From Candidatus Micrarchaeota archaeon (GTDB lineage: Archaea > Micrarchaeota > Micrarchaeia > Anstonellales > Bilamarchaeaceae), in the NCBI GenBank assembly GCA_043812915.1, contig JBDRLQ010000004.1:949-64948 (forward strand): a DNA stretch of 64,000 nucleotides, given 5' to 3'. A program made the position numbers and the translations under genes. The notes under the pieces were generated by a model, which worked only from the letters and a program-made list of their open reading frames with translations, was not told the origin of the DNA and ran no database searches. Of the stretch, positions 38,116-47,925 are shown piece after piece. Position 1 is the first letter of the stretch. The number at the start of each line of letters is the position of its first letter.

Positions 38116-39855
38116 ATGTGCGGGATAATCGGATATGTGGGCAGCAGGAAGGCCTCGGAGGTTCTTACCGAGGGTCTGAAGCGCCTTGAATACCGTGGAT
38201 ACGATTCTGTGGGCATAGCAGTTGCCAAGGAAGGCAATGTGGAAATGAAAAAGGAGAAGGGCATGGTGGAGCATGTCTCCAATGCCCTCGACTTCGTCTC
38301 CCTGGACGGCGGGATAGGGATAGGCCACACAAGGTGGGCGACCCACGGCGCCCCGTGCAGGCTGAATGCGCATCCCCACTCGAGTTGCCATAATGAGGTT
38401 GTGCTGGCGCACAATGGAGTTATTGAGAATTTCGCCTCACTCAAGAAAGCGCTTGCTGGGAAGGGCCATAAATTCGAGTCAGAAACCGATTCAGAGGTCA
38501 TCGCCCATCAGATTGAGGAGAATGCGAAGACGATGCACGCCACGCAGGCGTTCATGAAAACCGTCAAGGAGCTGGAAGGCTCTTATGCCATCGTCGCCAT
38601 GCTCTCCAAGGACAAGGAGGAGCGCCTGTTCGCGGCAAGGCGCCACAGCCCGCTTATCCTGGGAATCGGGAAAGGGGAGATGTTCTGCGCTTCGGACATC
38701 CCGGCGATGCTCAAATACACAAAGACATTCGTGCCTCTTGAGGATGGCGATGTGGCTGTGCTCTCTGAAAACGGCTACAGGATATATGATTCGGACAGCA
38801 ACCATGTGGAAAGGGAGCCAATCACCGTGGACTGGGATGTCAAGATGGCCCAGAAAGGCGGTTATCCTCATTTCATGCTCAAGGAGATAAACGACCAGAG
38901 GCATTTCATCAACGACACAATCACTTCCGATGTCACTGCGGCCAAAGCGCTGATTGGTTCCCATGAGCGGATAGACATTGTCGCATGCGGAACTTCATAT
39001 CACGCGGGCCTGATGCTAAGCTATCTACTGCAGGCGCAGGGAAAGAACTCGCAGGCGTTCATAGCCAGCGATTATCCCTATATTGTGAAGCCGAGCGGCA
39101 AGACCCTGATAGTCACAATCACCCAAAGCGGGGAGACTGCGGATGTGCTTCAGGCTTTACGATACGCCAAAGGGAAGGGCTGCCGGATTCTTGCGATTAC
39201 GAATGTCGTCGGCTCGACTGTCACCAACCTTGCCGATGAGGTGATTTTCCTGAACTCCGGCCCGGAAATCGGCGTTGCGGCGACAAAGACCTTCACCGCG
39301 CAATTGGCGATAATCTACAAGCTCATCTACGGGAAGGCGAAGGTTGACGGGCTATCCGCATTGTTCTTGCAGATGCTCGGTAAAGAGAACGACATCAAGG
39401 AAATAGCTGCGGCAATCAAGGACAAGCAGAGCATGTTCTTCATCGGCCGGGGCCTCTCAGTTCCCGTGGCGTACGAGGGCTCGCTGAAACTCAAGGAGAT
39501 TTCCTACATCCACTCGGAAGCGTATCCTGGCGGCGAGCTGAAGCATGGGACCCTGAGCTTAATAGAGGATGGTGTCCCCGTTGTCGTCCTTGCCCCCAAG
39601 GATGAGACGCTAACCAAGCTCTTCGGGAACCTGAAAGAGGCGAAAACAAGGGGCGCGATGATAATATCTCTCACAAACGATGAGGGGATAAAGGGCGAAT
39701 CTGATTTCTCTATCGAGCTTCCGGAAATCGACAAGGACCTCTATCCTTTTGCCATGATGATTCCATTGCAGCTCTTAGCCTATCATGTCAGCGTATTAAA
39801 AGGAATTAATCCAGACCGCCCGCGCAATCTGGCAAAATCGGTTACTGTGGAATAA
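38116..39855 (+). CDS. glmS: glutamine--fructose-6-phosphate aminotransferase
   Basis: N-terminal MCGIIGY (Ntn Cys), two SIS domains, and C-terminal ...PRNLAKSVTVE. Confidence 0.93.
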   Translation: MCGIIGYVGSRKASEVLTEGLKRLEYRGYDSVGIAVAKEGNVEMKKEKGMVEHVSNALDFVSLDGGIGIGHTRWATHGAPCRLNAHPHSSCHNEVVLAHNGVIENFASLKKALAGKGHKFESETDSEVIAHQIEENAKTMHATQAFMKTVKELEGSYAIVAMLSKDKEERLFAARRHSPLILGIGKGEMFCASDIPAMLKYTKTFVPLEDGDVAVLSENGYRIYDSDSNHVEREPITVDWDVKMAQKGGYPHFMLKEINDQRHFINDTITSDVTAAKALIGSHERIDIVACGTSYHAGLMLSYLLQAQGKNSQAFIASDYPYIVKPSGKTLIVTITQSGETADVLQALRYAKGKGCRILAITNVVGSTVTNLADEVIFLNSGPEIGVAATKTFTAQLAIIYKLIYGKAKVDGLSALFLQMLGKENDIKEIAAAIKDKQSMFFIGRGLSVPVAYEGSLKLKEISYIHSEAYPGGELKHGTLSLIEDGVPVVVLAPKDETLTKLFGNLKEAKTRGAMIISLTNDEGIKGESDFSIELPEIDKDLYPFAMMIPLQLLAYHVSVLKGINPDRPRNLAKSVTVE

Positions 39856-39864
39856 AAAAAGAAA

Positions 39865-41523
39865 TCACCTTTTTCTCCTGAAAGGCTTAATCAGCCGCGT
39901 CCACATGAACCAGATGATGGCCAGTATCAGCAGAATCCCGCCGCCAAGATAGAGCGGGTTTATTCCTGTGGCGAAGACCTCGACACTCGAGCTGTATTTT
40001 TTAAAGCCGGTCTTCTCCACGCTGAATTGGTAGGTGCCAGCTGGAAGAGTGAGGTTCACGCTTCCGTCTCCGATGTGCTCCTCGCCCCCGATTGTGAGCT
40101 TGAACTGGTTCACCTGAGAGCCGTCATCGCCGTCATTGACGTATATGCTGAACGGCTCCTCCTCCATGCGGGAAGGCGAGAGCGTCACATACATGTCACT
40201 GGGCGGGATGCTGGAATCATAGGATATTCCGACAGAGGTATACTTAGCCCCGGTCTCCTCCCCAGCAGCGTCAACAACCTTGCAGGATATGACATTCAGC
40301 CCTGACCTGAGGTCATCCTCAGGGGTGACTATATATGTCCAGCCTCCATCAACGCTCGCCTCCGCGGCGTCGTATATCCCGTTGTTCAGGCTGACATACA
40401 CTTTCGCGCCTCCTGATTCAGAGACATATTTTCCCGTGACGACGACTTCCTTCCTGCCGACCACATCCGCCTCCTTCGGGTATGTAATCGAGCAGGCCCT
40501 CTCTGTGCTGTAGGCGTAGACAGAGCCGTCATAAGAGCCGAAAATTACCATGTTCTGGTGGAAGAGCGGACTCCCTGCCCAGTCTGTTGCAGAGCCCTTC
40601 CATACGATTTCACCGCCGCTGGTTTCCATCGCATAAATGTTCTTGTCGGTGCTTCCAACGAACACCACCTCGTGGCCTCCCATGAAGCCTGGCTCAGGGG
40701 TGCTCTCCACCGCAAGCCGCGTGTCTGAAATCCATTTTATCTCCCCGCTGCCGTCATAGATGGCATACACGGAGCCGTCATTGCTCCCGGCATAGACTAC
40801 TCCTCCTTTGACAACAGGAGTACTGAGCACCCAGTTGCGGGTCAGGGTGTCCCACCTGTTGTAGCCGCCCTGGAGCTGATATGCGTGCACCCTGTTGTCC
40901 AGCGCGCCCACATACACCGATGTGCCGTCTACCACAGGCCTTGAGAGCCAGAAATAACCGTCATTCAACTTGGCTTTCCATTCCACGCTCCCGGAAGCCT
41001 TCATCTTCACGAGCGTGTCCCACACGCCGAAAATAATGTAATTCTCCCCGCTTGCCGGAGGGGAAAGAGTCCCTTCAGCCTTGTAGATTAAGCCCGCGCC
41101 TGTCGCTGTCCGGTTCATTACGAAGACTCCTTTGTCGGTTGTCGCGAAAAGCTGGTTGCCCGAATACGCGAGCCCGTAAACATAGCTTGCGTTGAACTCG
41201 ATGTCGGAAAGGTCCACCTCCCACATCAGGGTGCCGCTCTTGCTGATTTTGACGACCTTGCCCCCGGCTGTGGATGCTCCTATTGCACCATCAAAAGCCA
41301 GGAGGTCTGTGAATGTCCCGCCGATTTCCGTCTTCCAGTCAACCCCCCCATTCGAAGGGTTGAGCGCGTACAGGTTGCCGTCGGCTGAGCCTACAACAAC
41401 CTTGCTGTCAATGACAAGCGGCTTGGTCGTCACCGCGCCGTCCGTGCTGGTCTCCCACACGAGGGAAGAGAAAGAAACGGAAAAAAGTGCAAGGAGAAAG
41501 AGAAGGCGCCGCATAGGAATCAC
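39865..41523 (-). CDS. exported PQQ-like beta-propeller repeat protein with a C-terminal TM anchor
   Basis: Signal peptide, many repeats of the (V/I)(Y/F)(V/A)GS.DG.(L/V)YA(L/I) type, an Ig-like region, then the TM helix LYLGGGILLILAIIWFMW and RRKR. Confidence 0.75.
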   Translation of the reverse strand: MIPMRRLLFLLALFSVSFSSLVWETSTDGAVTTKPLVIDSKVVVGSADGNLYALNPSNGGVDWKTEIGGTFTDLLAFDGAIGASTAGGKVVKISKSGTLMWEVDLSDIEFNASYVYGLAYSGNQLFATTDKGVFVMNRTATGAGLIYKAEGTLSPPASGENYIIFGVWDTLVKMKASGSVEWKAKLNDGYFWLSRPVVDGTSVYVGALDNRVHAYQLQGGYNRWDTLTRNWVLSTPVVKGGVVYAGSNDGSVYAIYDGSGEIKWISDTRLAVESTPEPGFMGGHEVVFVGSTDKNIYAMETSGGEIVWKGSATDWAGSPLFHQNMVIFGSYDGSVYAYSTERACSITYPKEADVVGRKEVVVTGKYVSESGGAKVYVSLNNGIYDAAEASVDGGWTYIVTPEDDLRSGLNVISCKVVDAAGEETGAKYTSVGISYDSSIPPSDMYVTLSPSRMEEEPFSIYVNDGDDGSQVNQFKLTIGGEEHIGDGSVNLTLPAGTYQFSVEKTGFKKYSSSVEVFATGINPLYLGGGILLILAIIWFMWTRLIKPFRRKR

Positions 41524-41990
41524 GAGAGTTGAGAATCGTGCTTTCCCTCGTCAATTTCCCTGATTGCGTCTCGTCCCTTTTTCCCGTCAACGGTAACTCC
41601 CATGCTCACGCATGTGCCGATGACTTCCTTGAGCGCTTCCTTTGTGCCTTTTCCAAGCGAGTTGCCCCTCGCCTTTGCGATGCCGATGAGCTTTGCCATC
41701 GCGATATCGCCAGCGGGAGCTTCCCTGTTGCCTGCCCCCTTCTCGATTCCGGCTTCCTTCTTGATAAGCTCCGCCGTCGGCGGGCTTCCGACTTCAACAG
41801 TGAAGCTCTTCGTGTCAGTGTTAACCACTACCTTCACCGGGACCTTCATCCCGCTGAATGCCTTGGTCGCCTCATTGATTTTCGCGACCACCTGCCCAAT
41901 GTTCACTCCCATAGGAGCGAGCGCGGGTGCCAGGGGCGGGCCCGCAGTTGCCTTTCCGCCTTCGACTATGACGTCTAATGTCTTTTCCAT
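41520..41990 (-). CDS. rpl11: 50S ribosomal protein L11 (uL11)
   Basis: VEGGKATAGPPLAPALAPMGVNIGQVV signature. ATG at 41990; GTG 41999 is an alternative start. Confidence 0.93.
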   Translation of the reverse strand: MEKTLDVIVEGGKATAGPPLAPALAPMGVNIGQVVAKINEATKAFSGMKVPVKVVVNTDTKSFTVEVGSPPTAELIKKEAGIEKGAGNREAPAGDIAMAKLIGIAKARGNSLGKGTKEALKEVIGTCVSMGVTVDGKKGRDAIREIDEGKHDSQLS

Positions 41991-42058
41991 GCTAATCACT
42001 TAGGTTAGTGTTATGAGCAGTATTCCGAGGTTTGTTTTATAAACATATTCAGTGCGGC

Positions 42059-43594
42059 CTAAGAAAGCGATTTTGCCTTGGTCTTGATTGTCCAGTAGTT
42101 GGCGGCTTTTCCACCTGGGAATCGTTCATTCAGCCTGTCCGCCACAACATAGAAGCTCGGTCTCGGCTCAGCTTCAAGCAATTCCCTCATGAATGCCTCT
42201 TTCCTAGCGGTCCATCCGTATGAAGAGCCTTTGGTTGAATGCTGGAGGACTATCGGCTTTAGGTCCGGCTCCTGCTTTGCCAGGCGGCCGAGCCTGTTCC
42301 GGACTGTATTGATATCCGGCTTCACTTTTGTATCAAACCTCCGCTCGAGCATCCGCGCAATCAGGGCGTGCCCAAGCCCGGGCATCCTGTACATAAGGGT
42401 TATCAGGAATTCATCCTTCTCGTCATCCCAGGGATATCTGCTATTCTCCATTGCAATAGGCCTGAGCGCATCTGCCTCATCCGGCCTCGCTTTCAGAAGC
42501 TCCCGAAGCATCCTGCGGATTGTCTTATCATCAGCTTTCCTTGCGCCTGGAAACTTCTGATTCATCATCCTGGCAAGCTCCTGGCAGGTCCTGGACGGAT
42601 TCTCCTTTTTTATCGAAATCAGGTAATCTCTCCTGCCACCTGTCCAATCATATGCTGAGCGGGGCCTCTGCTCTCTTGGAAGATGCTTCTTCAGGAAATT
42701 ACGGACTGTCGATGGCCTTGCCTTAATTGCCTGGCCCTCATCGAATTGGCCATTAAGCCTTTTTGCTATCTCCATGGAACTTTTGCCCTCCCTGGCAAGG
42801 GACAGGGCGAATTCTCCCTTCGCATCATCCCACAGATACCTCTGGCTCAGCTTCCTCCTTTTCGGAGCCTTTTTGCCTTCCCTCTCCATCCTCTGGAAAA
42901 GCGTGTCAACCATGTTCGCTGTGGCGCGCGGCTCCCCTGGAAAAACGTCATTGACGGCCTCCGCAACCTCTCTGTAGGTAAAGCCTTCCTCCCTGAGCCT
43001 TAGCGCAAGGTCTTCCCTTCCTGGGGCGGACCAGTCATATTCGAATCTCAACTCTGGATGCTCTCCTGAAAGGTGCTGGATTTTCCTCCTGACCTTTTCC
43101 GGGGTTATATCCGAGGCGCTTGCAAACTTCGTGCTTAGGGACAGTGCCAGCCTCCAGCAGTTCCAGTTCGGGTTCCTGCGCCGCTGGGAAATAAGGTAGT
43201 CGGTTTCACCATCCGTCCAGTTATGCTGTTTCCCTTTGCCCAATTCTCTGGCAATTGCCCTTGCCCGCGCCAGCACGGCCTCAAATTCCCGGTTGATGTC
43301 GCTCTGAAGAAATCTATCCCATTCATTTTTTCGAGGGACGATCTGAGCCACTTTATCCGCGATGTCCTCCGCGGCAGCCCGGCCGGCAGGGTATGCCCCA
43401 TTCAGAATCCTGGCCAGGCCGGCAAAATCCGCAGGGTCATGGCCATCTTTCAGCATTTCGCTGAGCAGGGCCAGCCTGTTGGGGCTCCAGGCATATGGTT
43501 CCCCGTTCTTCCTGCGCCCTGGGGGCGTTGCGGCAGCTTCCCTGGCTACTGCTGAAGAATGCGCTAAAACTCTCCCTCTCTGACTTGCACTCAT
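42059..43594 (-). CDS. protein built of about seven Myb/SANT-like helix-turn-helix repeats
   Basis: Repeating ~65-aa units: (Y/N)xW(T/S/D)...(L/F)(I/A)(S/L)... then ...(L/M)Nxx(F/Y)... then T(V/I)RN(F/R)L. Examples: YDWTGGRRDYLISIKKENPSRTCQELARMMNQKF and YPWDDEKDEFLITLMYRMPGLGHALIARMLERRF. Confidence 0.6.
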   Translation of the reverse strand: MSASQRGRVLAHSSAVAREAAATPPGRRKNGEPYAWSPNRLALLSEMLKDGHDPADFAGLARILNGAYPAGRAAAEDIADKVAQIVPRKNEWDRFLQSDINREFEAVLARARAIARELGKGKQHNWTDGETDYLISQRRRNPNWNCWRLALSLSTKFASASDITPEKVRRKIQHLSGEHPELRFEYDWSAPGREDLALRLREEGFTYREVAEAVNDVFPGEPRATANMVDTLFQRMEREGKKAPKRRKLSQRYLWDDAKGEFALSLAREGKSSMEIAKRLNGQFDEGQAIKARPSTVRNFLKKHLPREQRPRSAYDWTGGRRDYLISIKKENPSRTCQELARMMNQKFPGARKADDKTIRRMLRELLKARPDEADALRPIAMENSRYPWDDEKDEFLITLMYRMPGLGHALIARMLERRFDTKVKPDINTVRNRLGRLAKQEPDLKPIVLQHSTKGSSYGWTARKEAFMRELLEAEPRPSFYVVADRLNERFPGGKAANYWTIKTKAKSLS

Positions 43595-43654
43595 ATTTTG
43601 TAATTATTATACACAATAAGTTAAAATACCTTAAGGACTGCCCGCTTCCAGCAG

Positions 43655-45178
43655 TCATTCCCCAAAAATCAGGCGCTCTTTCCGTTCCAGGAAGTCTAGC
43701 AGCCATTGCGCATCTTCCCCTTCCCCCTGCTCCAGATTTCCTCTCAACACTGAAAGCACGTGCCTTGCGGTTGCCACATATTCCTGCGGATTAACTTCAA
43801 TCTCCCGGCTGCTGCTGAAACAGAAGCTGAGGTTGAGGGGATTGGAATTGGTCACCAGCATGGCGCGGCTCGCGGAAGTATCAGGTATGCCAAGAACATT
43901 GATTGGGTCCACTCTGTCCGGGCCGACAAACTCAAGGCTAACAACTCCTGAGGCACTCCTGCGCATTGTCAGCCTGAAGATGGAAGAACCGCTAAAGCCC
44001 CGGATGCGGTTGATGAATTCTTGGCGCGCCGAAGCCCCGCGCCCCACACCGCGCCTGGTGCTTATCTCCAGCGTCCGGTTCCCGTCCTCTTCCCGATACC
44101 GAGCGGTTGTCCATCCAGCTTCGTTAACCCATTGAATTCCGTTGTCAATCGAAGTTTCTTCCCATCTTGGATGGCGGTAGCTGGTGCTATGTTCTGAAAG
44201 GGCGAATTCACTGAAAGGAGACATGTCAAAGGAACCCGGATATTCCCTCTCAACGCCTGCAAGGCTGCGCATTATCTCATCTTCCCTATCGAAACCTTCA
44301 TCTATCCTCCCTATATTTGCCCGCACCCTCGCCAAGACTTCTGAGTGCCTGTGCCCATGGACATAATACCACATTTCCCCGAATGATTGGAAACCGGTTC
44401 CCATAAGCGCGCTAACTGAAATATTTCCCAGGGTGGTATCCCTTGCAGAGCTTGCCTGCCTGGAAACAAGTTCCCTGAATGCGTCTTCTGCAACTGCAGG
44501 ATCACCAGTCCGCACCAGGGCGTTGTGGATAAGGCTGATTCCAATCCTCGCATCATAGTGCCTGGCGATATGCTCCCCAAGATACATCACGAATGCCTCC
44601 GCCTCAATCTCATTGGCCCATTTGTCATTGGCGTTGTGCCCAAGGTATCCGTCGAAGGAATGGCCCTGCTCATGGGCCCATACCTCCAGCCTAGAATTCG
44701 CCTCGATAATTGAGCCTGGCATAACCCTGCAGTGGTCCCTGTATCTGATGCCTGCTTGCTGGCTTATCCCCTCCCGGAACATTCCCTCCCCGATGAATAT
44801 GTCCCTTGGCCCGGGCCGGAAGCATCCTCCTGCCTCATTACTGCATATTGCCCGAAGCTCCTCGTCTGAAACAAGGCTCACCCGCTCACTTGGTATCGGC
44901 TCGCGCCCAGAAATCTCACGGGCAATCGGCTCCCATATCCTGAAATCCGACGCCTCGATGATGTTCGCCGCCCGGAACCAGTCGTTCTCCTCGGATACTG
45001 TTCTTCGCACTTCCACAGGATCTGGCGCCGCCCTGGTCCCTCTGGGGGTGCCCGCGCAGGCGGGGAGCAGCAATAGCCCTGCCGCTAACGGAGCGACAAT
45101 CCTTCTGGCAACTTTCCCGACCTTCTCCCGCCTGGCTTCCTTCTTCAGGCAGGTGGAAACAAGCTTCCTATTTTTCAT
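43655..45178 (-). CDS. putative HExxH zinc-metallopeptidase lipoprotein (paralog of 29187..30713)
   Basis: Lipobox LLLLPACAG. HEQGH encoded at 44660-44674 (WAHEQGHSFDGYLG). Collinear similarity with the first copy over the full length. Confidence 0.6.
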   Translation of the reverse strand: MKNRKLVSTCLKKEARREKVGKVARRIVAPLAAGLLLLPACAGTPRGTRAAPDPVEVRRTVSEENDWFRAANIIEASDFRIWEPIAREISGREPIPSERVSLVSDEELRAICSNEAGGCFRPGPRDIFIGEGMFREGISQQAGIRYRDHCRVMPGSIIEANSRLEVWAHEQGHSFDGYLGHNANDKWANEIEAEAFVMYLGEHIARHYDARIGISLIHNALVRTGDPAVAEDAFRELVSRQASSARDTTLGNISVSALMGTGFQSFGEMWYYVHGHRHSEVLARVRANIGRIDEGFDREDEIMRSLAGVEREYPGSFDMSPFSEFALSEHSTSYRHPRWEETSIDNGIQWVNEAGWTTARYREEDGNRTLEISTRRGVGRGASARQEFINRIRGFSGSSIFRLTMRRSASGVVSLEFVGPDRVDPINVLGIPDTSASRAMLVTNSNPLNLSFCFSSSREIEVNPQEYVATARHVLSVLRGNLEQGEGEDAQWLLDFLERKERLIFGE

Positions 45179-45236
45179 CCATACTTATATTGCTTGGATA
45201 TCTTTAAAAACAAGTATTAACACACATTCCAACAGA

Positions 45237-45935
45237 TTATCCCCAGCCCTCGAACTTGACTGCTGATTGGTCGACTCCCTCTTTTATGAGCAAATCCCTC
45301 ATCGTCATAGTCATCTTCAGCGGGCCGCAGAGGAACCACTGGCGCTCATCGAGGGGTCCTGCGTATTTGAGGAGCATTGCCTCGTTTATCCTCCCGCATT
45401 CGCCCTCCCAGCTCTTGGGCTCCTCGCGCGTGAGGGTGATCACCACATCCACGGATTTGCTCCTTGCAAGCTCTTCCAGCTCCCTTGCGTATAGAATCAG
45501 GCTCCTTTTCCTCGCGCTGAAGAATAGCGTGAACTGCCCCTTGATTTTCTCATCACGGATGTACCTGAGCATGCTCATGAAGGGTGCAATGCCCGTTCCT
45601 CCAGCAATGAACGCGCACTTCTCCTGCTTCTCGTAGATGAAATGCCCCATCGGGCCGGAGACTCCGTAGACATCGCCTTCCTTGGCCTTCTTCATTATGG
45701 ATGTCATCTGCCCGTCAATCATCTTGATGCAGAACTCTAGGTATGGCTGGGTAGGCGAGGAAGCAAGGGAATATGGCCTTTTGACCATTTCATTCCCGTC
45801 CTTGTCCAGGGCGTGGAGCATCACGAAATGCCCCGGGAGGTATTCCAGGGGTTCGCCCTCGGCTTCCATGCGGATAATCCTGATGTCCTTTGCCTGCTTC
45901 TCAACGGATGTTACCCTGTATCTAAGAATGTCCAT
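45237..45935 (-). CDS. FAD/NAD(P)-binding oxidoreductase (ferredoxin-NADP reductase/PyrK-like fold)
   Basis: RPYSLAS FAD-binding motif and GGTGIAPF NAD(P)-binding motif. No Fe-S Cys cluster at the C-terminus. Confidence 0.8.
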   Translation of the reverse strand: MDILRYRVTSVEKQAKDIRIIRMEAEGEPLEYLPGHFVMLHALDKDGNEMVKRPYSLASSPTQPYLEFCIKMIDGQMTSIMKKAKEGDVYGVSGPMGHFIYEKQEKCAFIAGGTGIAPFMSMLRYIRDEKIKGQFTLFFSARKRSLILYARELEELARSKSVDVVITLTREEPKSWEGECGRINEAMLLKYAGPLDERQWFLCGPLKMTMTMRDLLIKEGVDQSAVKFEGWG

Positions 45936-46014
45936 TAACCCACTTTCCGCTTGTATGGATAACCTCTAAAGAAGTCTAAGATAAGGTTAAAAAACACACA
46001 CCCTAAATCCCTAC

Positions 46015-46752
46015 ATGGCAGATAATTTCCAACATGTATTCCAGCAAGCCTGGAGATTCTACCTGAGCCGGCTGAAGCTGATACTGGTCTTCTCAGTGCC
46101 ATTCCTCCTGGCCCTCATAATACCTGTGCTTGTGGCAGCGCCCACCTATCTTGCCCTCGGAGGGGTTTTCCTTAGGACAGGAAGCATCCCCGAGCTTTCT
46201 ATTCTCGATGCCCTGATGACTGCGGCGGCATATTTCTTCACGGTGTTCCTGATTTCGGACACTATAGTCAATGTGAACCTAATCGTGAAATCCAGGCGGA
46301 CGCTCACTGAAATCAAGAAGAGCGTTATAACCGGAATCGGAACATATGCAATGAGGATATTCTTCATCTACACGATCATGCTCCTGCTGATGTTCGTTTT
46401 CCAGCTGATAACCTATGACAACCCGCTGCAGTCCTGGCTGTATCCGCTCTTCGTGCTTGCGCTTTCATTCCTGCTATTCTTCGTTGCTCCAGCAATCGTC
46501 ATCGACCATTCGGACACGCCCACCGCCATGAGGCGCTCGGCCCGCATGGCAATGGAGAAGCCGGTTTATGTCCTTCTATGGGCAATCACAGGGCTGGTGA
46601 TGGTTTCAGCGACCGAACTAATCGGCCTGCTGATCTTCTCCAGCCCGTTCTCGCAGTTCTTCGTGATGCTGGTGAATTCGTTCTTCATCCTGCCGCTCCT
46701 TGTGATACTGCAGACGATGATGTATATGGAGAAATACCCGCTTTCAAGGTGA
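46015..46752 (+). CDS. hypothetical polytopic membrane protein
   Basis: About six hydrophobic helices. No motif recognised. Confidence 0.55.
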   Translation: MADNFQHVFQQAWRFYLSRLKLILVFSVPFLLALIIPVLVAAPTYLALGGVFLRTGSIPELSILDALMTAAAYFFTVFLISDTIVNVNLIVKSRRTLTEIKKSVITGIGTYAMRIFFIYTIMLLLMFVFQLITYDNPLQSWLYPLFVLALSFLLFFVAPAIVIDHSDTPTAMRRSARMAMEKPVYVLLWAITGLVMVSATELIGLLIFSSPFSQFFVMLVNSFFILPLLVILQTMMYMEKYPLSR

Positions 46753-46758
46753 GATCTT

Positions 46759-47745
46759 TTGAATTCAAAGACCCAGTCACGCAAGAAGGACCACATCGAC
46801 GTAGTCCTCGGAAAGGACGTCCAGTACTCATCCAGCGCCGGCTTTGACTCTGTTCGTTTCCTTCACAACGCATTGCCCGAGCTGGACCTGGCGAAAGTCG
46901 ACCTTTCATGCGAGTTCCTCGGAAAGAGCATGAAATTCCCCCTCATCATCGAGGCTATGACCGGAGGATATCCAGAAGCCGGGGGGATTAACCGCGCCCT
47001 GGCCAAAGCAGCGCAGGAAGCCGGCGTGGCAATGGGCCTTGGCTCGCAGAGGGCCATGCTTGAGAATCCTGGTTTGACGGAGACCTTCCAGATTCGGAAA
47101 GTCGCCCCGGACATCCCCCTTATCGCGAACATCGGGGCCGTCCAGCTGAATCATTATCCTGTTCCTGAAATCGGTAAGCTTGTCTCATCCGTTGATGCCG
47201 ATGCCCTCGCGGTGCATTTGAATGCGTTGCAGGAGATCATCCAGCCTGAGGGGGACCATGATTTCTCAGGCGCTTTGGATGCGATTTCAAAGCTGTGCGA
47301 CAAGATTGATGTCCCGGTCATTGTGAAAGAGACTGGCGCCGGGATAAGCCGGGACGTCGCTGAGAAGCTCAGGGATGCCGGCGTCGCCTGGATAGATGTG
47401 GCCGGCTCAGGAGGAACCTCCTGGAGCAAGGTGGAGTACATGCGCAGGGGCACAATCCCGGGTTTCGAGGAGTGGGGGATACCGACAGTCGAGAGCATCA
47501 GGATGTGCAGGGGGATACTTCCCCTCATCGCCAGCGGAGGGCTCCGGAGCGGGGTTGATGCGGCCAAGGCGATTGCCCTCGGCGCGGACATGGCAGGGGC
47601 GGCATTCCCGTTCCTGAAGGCGTACAAGGAGAATAATCTTGCTGAGGAGCTCTCCTTATGGGGAAAACAGATGAAAGTGGCCGCTTTCCTGACAGGAAGC
47701 AGCAATTACAATGAGCTTGGTAATGCCAAACTGCTCACAAGCTGA
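46759..47745 (+). CDS. fni: isopentenyl-diphosphate delta-isomerase, type 2 (FMN-dependent)
   Basis: N-terminal RKKDHIDVVL, PLIIEAMTGG, and a TIM-barrel glycine-rich C-terminus IASGGLRSG. The apparent start is TTG at 46759, with no nearby ATG. Confidence 0.88.
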   Translation: MNSKTQSRKKDHIDVVLGKDVQYSSSAGFDSVRFLHNALPELDLAKVDLSCEFLGKSMKFPLIIEAMTGGYPEAGGINRALAKAAQEAGVAMGLGSQRAMLENPGLTETFQIRKVAPDIPLIANIGAVQLNHYPVPEIGKLVSSVDADALAVHLNALQEIIQPEGDHDFSGALDAISKLCDKIDVPVIVKETGAGISRDVAEKLRDAGVAWIDVAGSGGTSWSKVEYMRRGTIPGFEEWGIPTVESIRMCRGILPLIASGGLRSGVDAAKAIALGADMAGAAFPFLKAYKENNLAEELSLWGKQMKVAAFLTGSSNYNELGNAKLLTS

Positions 47746-47836
47746 GCGTTTTCCATCCCGATCCGATTCCCGCTTTTTTGTGACATCCCTTTTTAAGCTT
47801 TCCAACATAGTTTTAGACCTAATTAACACCATATGT

Positions 47837-47886
47837 TTCCACCGGGTAGACCTCCCACGGCATCGTCATAGTGGTTTTTGGTGGAA
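47837..47886. repeat. 7-bp inverted repeat TTCCACC...GGTGGAA flanked by direct ATATGTTT repeats
   Basis: Arms at 47837-47843 and 47880-47886. CATATGTTT occurs on both sides. Lies ~40 nt upstream of the RSH-like gene. Confidence 0.4.
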
Positions 47887-47925
47887 AAACATATGTTTAA
47901 ATACAACAAGAGGTATAAATAACAT

